64,000 nucleotides of DNA from Antechinus flavipes. Taxonomy: Eukaryota. A program made the position numbers and the translations under genes. Below, one piece after another: positions 23,576 to 35,592 of this stretch (positions are counted from its first letter, which is position 1; the number at the start of each line of letters is the position of its first letter). The notes below the pieces were generated by a model. That model did no database searches, was not told the origin of the DNA, and was given only the letters and a program-made list of their open reading frames with translations. The stretch spans positions 25,916,001 through 25,980,000 of the forward strand of contig NC_067398.1 in assembly GCF_016432865.1 (NCBI RefSeq), read 5' to 3'.

Positions 23576-24505
23576 CTACAGATAAGAAGGTAGCATGAAA
23601 GTGGAGAGCCTTGTTTGCTCCAAAGCATGAGATGATTGGGAGCCAACAGTAGCTGAAAGAGCAACACAAGTTAACAATGAAATTACAAGGATTTTCTGCC
23701 TCATCTCATTACTCTGCTGACTCTCCTTTGCAGTATGTGCTGGGAGAGGAGCAGGGAGATCAGGGCAAGGTTGCTAAACCTAGCTTAGACAAATCTACCT
23801 GCATTACCCTTAAGGCAGAAGCCCCACATGAGGAGAGACCTGATCAAAGTCAATGTCTTTCAAAAAAAAAAAATTCAGAGAGTTTGTGTACAATTAGAAT
23901 AAAAGCAGCTGATGGCAAATTATGTTTTCTTGAGGCAATGTGGAAGAAAGGGAGTTAAGGTCTGGGTTGTGATTTCTCCGATGGGGATACAGTAGAGAGA
24001 AATCAAGACCTGGAATCAAAGGACAATTAATTCTAATCATGTCTGTGTGACCCTGGACAAGCCACTTAAAAGCTCAGTTTCATTTTCCTTAGTTCTAAAA
24101 TGAGCATCAGCATCATTATCTACATAATATTTTAGAACCATCATCTCATTAGATTGTAAGCTCCCTGAGGACAGGGACTGTCTTTTGCCCTCTTTTTTTA
24201 TATCATCAGTGTTTAAAACCATACCTGACACAGAGTAGGTGCTTCATAAACATTTACTGACTGAACAAATGAATTTGATCCTCACCACAACCCTGAAAGT
24301 TGGTGCTGTTATTATTGACACTTTATGGATGCAGAAACTGAAGCAATCAGAGTTTAATTAACTTTTTCAGGATCATACAACTATAAATATCTAAGACCAA
24401 ATAGGAATATCAGGAATCATTTAGCATGCGGCCCTTTACACCAGCACCACCTAGCTATCTTTTGGAAAGCCCCTCACTCAAAGAGCTGAGTAGAGGTAAA
24501 CATGA

Positions 24506-24508
24506 TAC

Positions 24509-24552
<44 letters not shown>
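24506..24552. repeat. (CA)n microsatellite
   Basis: Direct reading. Confidence 0.95.
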
Positions 24553-24555
<3 letters not shown>

Positions 24556-24589
24556 AAATGCTCATTTAGTACAATGCCTAGTACATAAT

Positions 24590-24780
24590 GTTGTTCAGTG
24601 CTGTCTGACTCTTCATGACTCTATATGGTATTTTCTTGACAAAAGTACTGGAATGGTGTTTGCCATTTTCTTCTGCAGCTCATTTGACAGATGAGGAAAC
24701 TGAGGCAAGCAGAGTAAAGTGACTTGCTCAGGGTCACACAGCTAGGAAGTATCTAAATCTTGGCTCTACCACTCAATGCC
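24590..24780 (-). mobile_element. Mar1-type SINE
   Basis: GTTGTTCAGT..CTGACTCTTCATGAC..TTTGCCATTTTCTTCT..GATGAGGAAACTGAGGC. Confidence 0.85.
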
Positions 24781-26479
24781 TATGGGACCTCCTTGAGAGC
24801 AAGAACTATCTCATTTTTGTGCATATTCCTAATATATAGTCATAGGACAGGGGTTGCCAACTATACTTCCACTTGATATTGCCTATTTTTTGGCAGCCAT
24901 GATGACACAGATTTGATTATTGTTTTCTAAGCAAGAGGCAAAAAATAGAAGAGGGGAAGAAATAGGTTGTATGGAAAGCTGCCCTCCCTGGGTGGGTCCC
25001 AGTGCATTTGTTGAACAGAATGAAACAGTGTTTAAGAGTCATGGACCAGAAATCTCCATTCTCTTTCCCATCTTGGCAGTTACATCCCACAGAGTCCCCA
25101 CTCTTCCCAGGTGCCATGATACCTCAGAATGTTTTAGAGTTAGGTTCTCCTGTGAAGTGGCAAATGAAAAATTCCTGTTGTCCCATTTCAGAGATGATAA
25201 GAAACTGTTCTGAGAAAGTTACTGGCAGAACTTGCTGAAGAATATAAATTTACTGAATCACAGGAACTTAGTACCAGAGATTTAGAACAAGGGATAACTT
25301 TTAAAGGCCATTTAGAGAAAGTAAGTGGAAGAACTTGCTAAAGAGTCCTTTGATTCTATTTTAAATACGACTGACTATCTAAACCTATGCTTTCTTCTCT
25401 AACTAGCTGTAAGGGACTTCTTGAAGAAATTCTGATGCAGAGAAGTTCTATTTCTTGCCTGATGTCATCCAAGGAGTAATTGCCACAAGCAAGCTTCAGA
25501 TTCAAGACCTCTAACTCCAAATCCAGCACTACTTCCTACTATTTTAGTCCTTCAACTTTAGATCCTACGGTCCTGAATTTTTAGCAATTAATAAACAAGC
25601 ATTTATTAAATAGCTACTATATAAACATCAGGCATCGGTACCAGAGATTCAAAGACAAAAGTGAAAGAGTTGGCATTGAACAAATTAGAGTGGTTTTTAT
25701 TATGTCTGAGCCTAATTAAATTTCCATGAAAGCACTCTGCGTCAGGGCATAGCAAGGCCACACACAGAACGCTGCTTCTCTCAGGTAGAAGCAGAGTTAG
25801 TTCTTCCTCCTGTCTACTTCAGGCACCAGTGACCCACAAATGCAACACTCCATCCCGAGGATTCAGCTACAGTTATCATTTGTCGTCTTGACAAAGTTTG
25901 TTGTTCAGCAGTGAACAATGGGGCAGAGCCCACATTCTGAGGCAGCAGACTCACATAAATTCGGTTATCACCAGAACCCCAGGCAAATCAAAGTGTTCCA
26001 CCCTCCCCGTCCCTGTCTCACCCAAGTAGCAAGCACCCACTCCATCATGGCAGGGACTTTGGAAGGTGAACAAAGGCTTAATTGCCTCTCCAATCCCTCA
26101 CCAGCGTAGAGGAGAGCTGATCACATTAGCAGAGCATTGATTTGTGTGGCTTGAAGAAGGGGGGGAATAAAAGCCCAAGTTGCAAAAGGTTAAAAAAACA
26201 AAATCCCCCCAAAGCCCAAGCTACCAACAAACCAACACAAAAGAGAAGATGATTTCTTTATCTTTTGAGGGATAGCAAAAAGACAGAAACCAAGAATAGC
26301 AGTGCCGTCTTGTAACACATACCTCACATTTGCTACTCTATCTCTCTGTCCCATGAGATGCAAAACATGGAGTCCACTTTTAAAAAATGAGTTCTTGATA
26401 ACTTTAATTTTTCAGAACACCAAATTTCCTCCTGATACCCGTCGTAACAAAAAGTAAAAATGAAAGAGAAAAAGAATCA

Positions 26480-26815
26480 AACTAACAACAGATCCATCCT
26501 TGGATAGTCCCAAAGTCCCCACTTCCTGGACAAAGGAAAGGCAGCATTCTCAAACCAAGCTTGATCCTGATCATTTGGCTATTTCCTTTTCTGTATTTGG
26601 TGTTACTTTCCTGTCCACTGATACTGTTGTGGTCTCTGGGTCTATTGTTTAGTAGGCCATTTATTTCATTTTGTATCAGTTCATAAGTCATCTTCGGCTA
26701 CTCTGCATTTATCCATTCTTTCAGAATTCCATTATATCCATATATCAATTTGTTTAATCATTCCCTAATACTTGGTTTTCTATACTGCTTCCACTTCTTT
26801 GAGATTACAAAAGGG
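26480..26815 (-). mobile_element. Old L1 fragment
   Basis: TTTGTTTAATCATTCCCTAAT..CTTTGAGATTACAAAAGG. Confidence 0.5.
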
Positions 26816-26918
26816 GATTATTTTGAAGAGGTGGCTCCAGTCTTGCCTTCATCAGGAGGATCTTTTCAGGTGTCCAAAGCCTAGCGTCTTCTCCTACTCT
26901 ATATATGTTAGATTGTCA

Positions 26919-27135
26919 GTTGTTTAGTCATTTTCAGTGATATCTGATTCTCTGTAATGCCTCTTGGGTTTTCTTAACAAAGACACTTGCCATTTTCTTC
27001 TCCAGCTCATTTTAAGATGAGGAAATTGAGACAGAGTTAAGTGACTTACCCAAGATCACACAGCTAATCATAATCTAAAGTCAAAATGTAACTCAGGACT
27101 TTTTGACCCCTGTTCAGCACAGCCACCTACCTAGT
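26919..27135 (-). mobile_element. Mar1-type SINE
   Basis: GTTGTTTAGTCATTTTCAGT..TTGCCATTTTCTTCTCCAGCTCATTTT. Confidence 0.85.
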
Positions 27136-28855
27136 TAAGTGTGTGTGTTTGTGTGTTACTTCCCTCAGTTATATGGAAAATCAGGAAGACCAAAGTTCAA
27201 AAATGAATTCAGAAACTTACTAACCATGTGGCCTGAGAAAAATCATCTCACTTCTGCCTTAGTTTCCTCAACTATAAATGGAATTAATTATAACACTTAT
27301 CTCAGAGGATCAAATAACATTAACATTCACAAAGCCTTGGGCCTGGAATAACCTATATGCTCTATAAGTGTTTGTTGATTGCCTAATCATATGGGAATTT
27401 CTTTTTGTCTTCAACTTCCATGAGAGATTCAAAGTAGAAGTCTATTTTCAAAATTAAATAGGTCAGGGTACAAGGCAATCCCTGAGCAGGAATCTGTAGA
27501 ATGAAGATGGCAAATAAGATTATTTCGATTTGCCAAAGAAACTGCAAGCAAAATCAGGGCTAGCAAGCAGATGTGGAGGAAAGGGCATTAGATTTAGGGT
27601 GAGCGGTCCTGAGTTCAAATTCTACCTTGCACTTATGATCTGTGTGATCTTGAGCAAGCAAATTGCTTTCTGGTTATCTAAAAATGAAGGAGATGTCCTA
27701 GATAACCACTGGATGCTTTCCAGCTTAGAATCTACCAATACATAAACCCATGCTCTCTCGCTTAAGAGACTTCTCTCTTGAGCAAGTTGGGCAGCATAGA
27801 AGGCTTAAGTGGAAGCAAAACTGAGCCTGTTTGGACCAGTAATTCATCTGGTTCTACAAATTATTCCTGTCTGTTTAGTTGTTTATTTTGACTGATGGCC
27901 ACAGTCTTTATTAGAATCTGTTCATTCACTCGGCTAAAATAAGCTAATTGTGCCTGGATTTACCCTTTTGTCTCCGATTAATTTTTCAAGTTTAATGACA
28001 TGTTATATGTGCAAGGAATATTTTTTGATACAATTAAATAAACATAGCACTAGGCCAAAACTCATAAGACACTAGTCTGAGATATTTGGAGTAGAAAATT
28101 TATTCGGTTTGTCGGACGCAGATTTCAATTTGGTCTTCAAGCGCCTTATCACCAGAATGACTGTGAACAAGGCAGTTCACCATTCAGGGCTTTCATTTCC
28201 TTATGTGTCAAAGGAGGAGTGGTGATTAGATATCACAGAAGGTCTTTTCTGGCCCTCAGCTCGTGACTAAATCATCTTGACTGAATATCAATATCTCAGA
28301 ATCATGGATCTCAGAGGCCACTTAGTTTACCTGCATTTATCAAGCCCATACAAGGTGCCAGGCTTGTTGTGTTAACACTTACGAGAAAGGGAAAGATAGA
28401 CCAGGTCATCTGAGGAGTTTATATTCAAATAGGAGAAGACACCACATAAAAGGAGCTGAAAAGCAGAGGGTGGGGAAAGAGGGTTCCCTCAGCCACACAG
28501 GACAGAGACGGAAGGCTAGATGAGGAGGAGCATAGTTCAGAGAGAAGGAAGCTCTGCTCATGAGAGGCTTGGGCATCTTCCTTCAAATGGAAAGTCTGCT
28601 AGAAAGTGACCAGAGGAAAGAGTTCCAAAGGCCTGGTGATCCTGGGAGAAGGCTGCAGCAGTGGAGTGAAGTTCTGGGGTGAGAAGGTTTCTGTGGTATG
28701 GTGAAGTCTGAAGAGTCAGGAGCTGAGAGGGATGAAGGATTGAGTTCAATCCCTTTATTTTACAGTTAAAGAAACTGAGACTCAGAGAGAGATTTCCCAA
28801 GCTCATACAAGTAGTCAATGGAAGAGTCAAGATAGAAAACCATAAAAGAGATGAT

Positions 28856-29102
28856 GGGGAAGCTAATTGGCACTGGGTAGAGCACTGGATCTGAAATTAG
28901 GAAGACCCGAGTTCCAATAGATCTCAGACACTATTTATCTGGGTGACCCTGACCAAGTAAGTCACTTATCCCTGTTTGCCTCAGTTTCCTCATCTATAAA
29001 ATGAACTGGAGAATGAAATAGCAAACCACTCCAATATTTCTGTCAAGAAAACCCTCAAATAGAGACATGGAATATTGTACACAACTGAGAATGATTAAGC
29101 AA
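28856..29102 (+). mobile_element. Mar1-type SINE, near full length
   Basis: tRNA-like head, CORE, GGAGAATGAAATAGCAAACCACTCCAATATTTCTGTCAAGAAAACCC tail. Confidence 0.9.
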
Positions 29103-29439
29103 GTGAATCCATGCCCCATGATGGCCTAAGATCAACATTCTTCCCAGATAATACTAAAGAAAAACATTTCTGCCTGAGTAAGAAAAAAGAATCCCAAGTC
29201 TTAAAGGGAGATTAGACTTCACTTTCAATCTTGATTAGCAAACATTAGCTAAACAAAGTGGAGAGGGGACTGAGGGTCACGTGATTTCCACCTTCATCAA
29301 TGGATCATCTATGACCTCAAGAGGTCACAAGGGAGTATGTTGCTTATGAAACCAGACACCTGGAAATGTTTTCATGTTGGAGTAAAGTTTAGTAGATTCA
29401 TTTTTTTCCCATCTGCATCAAAAAGTCAAAACGGCTCTG

Positions 29440-29860
29440 ACAAAGTTGAACATTAATTTCTGTTCAATATTTTTAAAACAGACAACACTCACCCGGAATG
29501 CTAATACGCGGCCTTCTGCCAAATACTTTGCAGCGTGCTCAATCATCTGTCTCTCTCTAATTCTTGCCCTTCGCTATTGCTTCCCTCATACATATGAGGA
29601 CCATGTGATTTATATGATTTTTCTTTTACAGAGACTCAATGCAACTTTTCGACAGAAAATTAAAACCCCAAGGTTTGGAGAAAGGGGAGAAGTGTTTTTC
29701 CCCTCTTTCAAAAGGCTGAGAATGGGAAGGAGAGCACTGATGAAGTAATAAAACACAGGTGCTTCCTTTCTAATTAAAAGAGAACTTTGCAGCTGCACGG
29801 CTAGTGAATCATCCCTTTAGGTTATTCTCGGTAGTCATAAAGTGCCGGGCTCAGAGCCCA
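29440..29860. promoter_or_regulatory. Unique CpG-retaining block with a minus-strand donor; candidate CNE or alternative first exon
   Basis: 10 CpG in about 420 bp; CCGG|GTGAGT at 29493/29492. Confidence 0.45.
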
Positions 29861-31289
29861 TATGTTTTTTGAAAGCTAAATTCTTTGGATTTCAAAAAAG
29901 GGGAGGGAAGGCTGAAGATCAGGTAACTGACAGTATTTTCTATTTTTCTGTTCTCCTCCTTGGAGAGATGCCCATTCTTTTATTTTATTTTTCTTTCTAA
30001 ACACAGAGAGAGAGAGAGAGAGAGAACGCGCAAAAGTACATAATATGTAAGAAGCAGCACTATGTAATAGAGAGCTGACCTCAAGGCCAGAAATGAGAGA
30101 TAAGGATGGGTGCAGTGTCATACTACTTTTGTGCAGTGCAATAGATAGAGTGCCAAGAAATCAGGAAGACCTGAACTCTGACATTTAAAAGCTGTGTTAC
30201 CCTAGGCAATTCAACCTCTGTTTACCTCAATTTTTTTTTTTAATTGGGATAATAACAGCATCTCCCTCCCAGAATTTCTCTGAGGATTAAAAGAAATAAT
30301 ATTTGTAAGTGCTTAGCACAGTGACATGGTATATAAATTCTATTTTAAAACTAAAGTTTAATAAATTAAATTTAAATTTAAATAAATTACAAGATTCACA
30401 GATTAGCTACCAACTGATATTTACTTGACCAAAGTTTTATTAGCAACACTTGGAGTATTTTCACAAATGTGACAACAGGAGGCACTTCACAAAAGATCCA
30501 GAGTAGGACCCAAATGTAAAGAACGTATTTGGGATCAGACTTCATGAGTTCAAATTTTGACTCTGCTACTTGTTTAGCCAGGAGACAGATTAAAACATCT
30601 GATGGACATGGAGTCAGGAAAACGAAAGTACAAATCTTATCTTAGACTATGTGTGATGCTAAGCAAGTCATGTTGCCTCCTGATTGCCTTCTTTCCCCAT
30701 CTGTAAATGGGGATGATAATAACAGCATCTATTTGAGTCATATTGTGAGAATCCAATGAGATAATATGTGCAATAGGCACATCATTACTGCTATTACTTA
30801 TGTAACCTTGGCCAATGAGCCTCAGTTTCTTCATCTGTAAAATGTTAAATGACTTAGACCATTAAGTCCCTTCTGGTTTTCAATCTAGGATCATATGGCC
30901 ACAGGATTTAAAGCCTCTTATACTCCCAACACGATAGAAATGAAACTTGAAACATCCCTTTATGTAAGGACTCTCAAAAATAAAGATATCCCTTTTAGCA
31001 TTACATGTTTCCATTTTGCAATGTTGTCTATGAAGCTCCAAACTGTGGGACTTTACAGCTTTCAACTTGGCCCTGAATGTGTTTGGGAAACACCTTCATG
31101 GGCCCCAGGACTGAAGCATTCTTGTCCTGAGCTGTTTGGCAACAAATGACTAGCAGGCAGGCTGTTGATAGTTAAACAGGTCAGTTTAGGGGGACACAGA
31201 GTTTCAAATCACTGTACAGCAGAGTTCAAAACATCAAAGCATTCTCTTCTTCAGCCACCCCCCCCATTCTCCCCAAAATAAGATGCAAA

Positions 31290-31620
31290 ATGAAAAGAGG
31301 GAAACTCATTAAGAGTCAAGGACAAAAACCGTATGTTGAAAATAGGTCGGATAAATTATTGCTGCAACGCAAATCCATTATTGCCAAAAGAAGAAAAAAA
31401 GTTCTTAGAGAACTACTGGAAGGAGCTGGGCAGAGAGTTAGTAAATTATTCCCACTTTCAATTGCTATTTATGCTATTGCAGAACAGAGCCGTGTCCACC
31501 TGGATATCACTCAGGAAACCAAATAATGCTGTAAGCATTGATTAGAAAACTTCATTGAGTTTTCACTATTCTCACCGAATGAAATTTCATCAGTTTTTTT
31601 TTTCCTGAAAAGTGAATTAA
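31290..31620. promoter_or_regulatory. Unique AT-rich block with retained CpGs and homeobox-like TAAT/ATTA motifs; candidate CNE
   Basis: 5 CpG; no repeat similarity seen. Confidence 0.3.
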
Positions 31621-32889
31621 TTTCTTTTTGATTTTGTATTTTTCTATTTTAATAAATGAAATGCTGACTTTTCACACTGTGCACTGAAAGGCAAGGGAAA
31701 TACCCATTTCTCCATTTCTTATTCTTCAGAATGCATCAAGAAGGGAAAGAGGGAAGGAGACAGAGAGACAGAGAGCTTTTAGGCTCTATAAGACTGCAAT
31801 AACTATCTTTCCTATCCTAGCTAGCTAGCTTTCCAGCTAACTATCTATTTATCCATCATCCATTCATCCATCCCTCCATCCATCCATTTATCTATCTAAC
31901 TAGTCATCTTATCTGTCTGGTTAGCCCTCTGGATCTCACCAATTTGGGAGTTTGAATCTCTTTGCTGAGCTAAACCTCCAGCCTTCTCAAAGGAACAATG
32001 CCAAAACAACCTTCTTCAAAATGCCCTCTTCTCACTTCTTCTCCTAACACTCCCTTCATGCTTTACTGAACTCTGTCCAAACTCCTCGCCTGTGAATTCT
32101 AAGCCTTGTGTCAAGTGACCTCTTGAAGTCTTCTCTAATTCTTTCCCTTATTGCTACCCACCTGGGCCCCTCTGTCAACTAGATCTTGTTTATGGTCCCC
32201 TAACCTGCTGATTTTCACCTCTGGGCCTTGGTTTCTGCCTTTCCTCCCACCTGGAAGACCCTCTCCTTTCTCTGCTAATTCACATCCCTTAACCACATAA
32301 AGATTTGTACTCTCTACAATGAACAATCTGTTTTCAACCATTACTCAATGATGCACTGGAAAAAAAAATTAATTTTTCAAGACACTCAAAAAATCTTTCT
32401 TCCTCTTTTGATTCTTAACAAGATAGAAAATGTTTTTAGAAAAAGCAACATAATATTTATATTTAGAATTTGATGTATATTAAAAGTGTATTTCTTTTCC
32501 ATGTTATGTCCATAAGGCTTGTAGAGGGAAAAAAAAATGAAAGAATATTGGGGGGGGGAGGGGAAGGAATATATGAGATGAGGGAAAACTCCTGCAGAGT
32601 TGAGAAGAAAAGAACAGAGATCCAGTAGGTTTTACATAATCAACTTCCCTTTAAAATGTTGATTAGCTGGTTAGTCAGTGTTCAAAGGTCTTTAGTTGCC
32701 CTAAACCTTGAACTTCTGGAAATTTAGCTCAGTATGGAAAGTCCAAAGCAGTCCCTGAAATAGGAAGGAGGAGAGAGAGAGGAGGGGAAGAGGAAAAGGG
32801 AATGGGGGGAAGGGGAAAGGAAAGGAGATTCAATCTTCACTAGTGTAAGGCCAGCAATTCCCTATGTGGATGCAGTTATCCTGTTTCCT

Positions 32890-33525
32890 CCGTTGGATTC
32901 ATGGTTGATTACTATGCTGATTAGAGTTCCTAAGTTTTTCAATGTTAATTATCTCTACAATATTATTGTCTTTGTATAAATTGCTCTCCTGGGCTTCTCA
33001 CTTCACTTTGTATCACTTCACATTTTTGTTCCCAAGGTTTTTCGGAAACCATTCTTTCCTTCATCATTTCTTAAATTCATCTACCAGATCTTATTCAACC
33101 AATAATAGGCATGACCTCAGTTTCCAATCTTTGCTACCACAAAAACAAAAAGAGCAGCTATAAATATTTCTGTATATAAGAAGCTTTTCCTCTTTGAGGA
33201 TCTGGTAGTGGTACTGATGGGTTAAAACATAGTCAAAGTTTAATAGCTTTTTGGGCAGAGTCCCAAATTGCATTCCAGAATGGCTAAACCAGTTCACAGG
33301 CCTACCAATGGACACATTAAAGTACCTGTTTTCCCACAGTCCTCCAGTATTTGTCATTTTCCATTTTTGTCAACTTAATCTTATGGGTGTGAAAGTAGTA
33401 TTGCAGAGTTGCTTTAATCTGAATTCTTTTGATTATTAGTGATATGGAGTATTTTTTTTTTCCTAAGACCACTGATAGCTTAGATTTTTCACTCTGAAAA
33501 CTGCCTAGTCATACATTTGCCAATT
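32890..33525 (-). mobile_element. L1 ORF2 C-terminal / 3' fragment
   Basis: CAAATTGCATTCCAGAATGG..CAGTTCACA..TTTTCCATTTTTGTCAAC..ATGGGTGTGAAGTAGTA. Confidence 0.85.
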
Positions 33526-33694
33526 GTGGTTCAATACATTTCATAGGCTTCATAGGCTTCTATAATACCCTAAATAAGAAATAATGGATGGATATATAGA
33601 CAGATAAACAAATAAATGAATAAATAAGTAAGAAAATGAATGAAATTGGCTAGTTAAAAAAAAAAAAAAAACTTGGCTAGAAATAAGCTAAAAT

Positions 33695-33846
33695 GCCTAC
33701 CTCCTCCAGCTAGGTACTTAAATATCAACTCTTTTATATTGATTCATTTTGATTCTAGAGGACATTCCAAAAGTCTTATTGCAATTAGCTTAAAACCACC
33801 AAGACTTTGGGGATACCCCATATTTATGGAATCATAGATCTAAAGG
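33695..33846 (+). repeat. Left arm of an inverted duplication
   Basis: Reverse complement aligns to 35319-35512. Confidence 0.92.
33757..33822. mobile_element. Tc1/mariner MITE, about 65 bp, foldback
   Basis: CATTCCAAAAGTCTTA..AAGACTTTGGGGATA; ends are mutually complementary and match the TIR of 62659-63210. Confidence 0.7.
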
Positions 33847-34569
33847 TTGGAAGGGAGTCTAAAGGATATAAACTACTACTATTCTTTTACAGATGTTTGA
33901 AAATTGAAACCCAGATAAGTTAATTGAATTAAAATCAAAATTTAATTGACCAAGGTCATACTCAAGTTCACAGTGCATCTCCCCCTAACAGATAATTATT
34001 GTTATTACAGAAATAATCAATCTTTTGGGTTTCTTATGCTTTCTCTCTTAGTTCAGAGCACAGTGCTCTGCTCATACGGTACCCAAGCAATGCTTAGTTC
34101 TACCTCATTAGGTATTCCATCCTCAGCAAAGCTTCTTAGCATGGAAAGAGAAGCTATTTATTGTGGAGCCTGAGGCAACACTGCATCAGCAGGAGTGGAC
34201 AGAAGAGAAGCCAAGACAAGGGGTGCCCATCTGGCTGACCTTACCCCCTACCTGCACCCCAAAGCTATTGACCAGTGTCTCCATCAATAGGAGACCAGCT
34301 GCCAGCAATATTCACGTCTGCCACCAAGTAAGAGCAAGAAGGAGAAAGATGCTTGACCTTGGGAGTGTAACTTCAAAGCTAGAAGGGACCTTCAAAGTCA
34401 TCCCATCCAACATCTTCATTTTACATAGGAAGAATGGGAAGCCAGCTCACAAATCTACTAAATTACCGAGATTATCTCTGCTACCCTTCCCATAGTCTCT
34501 CCACTAAGTAGTCTGTTTCCCATTCTAATCCATTCCTCCCCCTAGGTGTTTGAGAAATCATTATAGCCA

Positions 34570-35166
34570 AGTAGTAGGAGCAGTAGAAGTAGCAGCAGCA
34601 GTAACAGTAGCAGTAATAGTAGTAGTAGCAGTTGTAATTGCAGTATCAGTGAGGAAGAAGAGCAGTACTAGTAGTAATAGTAGTAGTAGTAGCAGCAGCA
34701 GCAGTAGTAGTGGTAGTAGTGAAAAGAAGAGTAATAGCAGCAACAGTAGTAATAGTAGCAGTAGCAGTGAAAAGGAAGAATAACAGCAGCAGGAGAAGTA
34801 GTAATAGTAATAGCAGCAGCAGCAGTAATGGTGGTAATAGTAGTAGTAGTGGTGGTAGTAGTAGCAGCAGCAGCAACAGTGGTAGCAATAGTAATAGTAG
34901 CATCCATAATAGTAATAGTAGCAGCAGTAGTAGCAATAGCAACAACAGCACTGCCAGTATAAGTAGTAGCAGCAGCAGCAGCAGTAGTAATAATAGTGGC
35001 AACAGTAGTGTAGTAGTAGCAGCAGCAGCAGCAGCAATAGTAGCTTTATCAATGAGGAGGAAGAGTAGCAGCAGCAGCACAGCCAGTAATAGTAGCAGCA
35101 ACAGCTGTAGTAGTAATAGTAATAGTAGCAGTAGTGGTAGTAATAGTAGCAGAAACAGCAGCAGCA
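34570..35166. repeat. 600-bp compound (AGT/AGC/AAT/GGT)n low-complexity array
   Basis: Direct reading; generates the poly-L, poly-C/Y, poly-T/A and poly-S ORFs. Confidence 0.97.
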
Positions 35167-35318
35167 TTTATATAACATCTTTAGGTTTTGGAAACATTTG
35201 GCAAATATAACAATAATGGTGATGATAATGATAGCTAACATTTATACAGTGCTTACTATGTGCCAGGCACTGTGCTAAGCAGTTTACAATTGTTATCTTA
35301 TTTTACTCTCATAATAAC

Positions 35319-35512
35319 CCTTTAGGTTTATGATTCCATAAATATGAGGTATCCCCAAAGTCTTAGCGTGATTTAAAGCTAACTGCACTAAGACTTTTGG
35401 AATGTTCTTTAGATACAACTGCAAAACAAGGTTATCATGTTTATAATAACATCATACAAAATGAATCAATATAAAAAAGTTGACATCCAAGTACCTAGCA
35501 GGAAGAGGTAAG
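35319..35512 (-). repeat. Right arm of the inverted duplication, carrying a second MITE copy (35343-35412) and embedded in a SINE
   Basis: Aligns to 33695-33846 with an extra block of about 45 bp at 35412-35456. Confidence 0.92.
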
Positions 35513-35592
35513 TATCCAGAGATTAACTGACTCATCCAGGGTCACACAGCTAGTGTTTTCAGTTTTCAGGCTTGGATTCAACTGGTTCTCAC

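Noticed and set aside
34550-35241. Longest ORFs (226, 173 and 166 aa; poly-L, C/Y, S)
   Set aside because: Products of the trinucleotide array; no complex sequence and no splice context.
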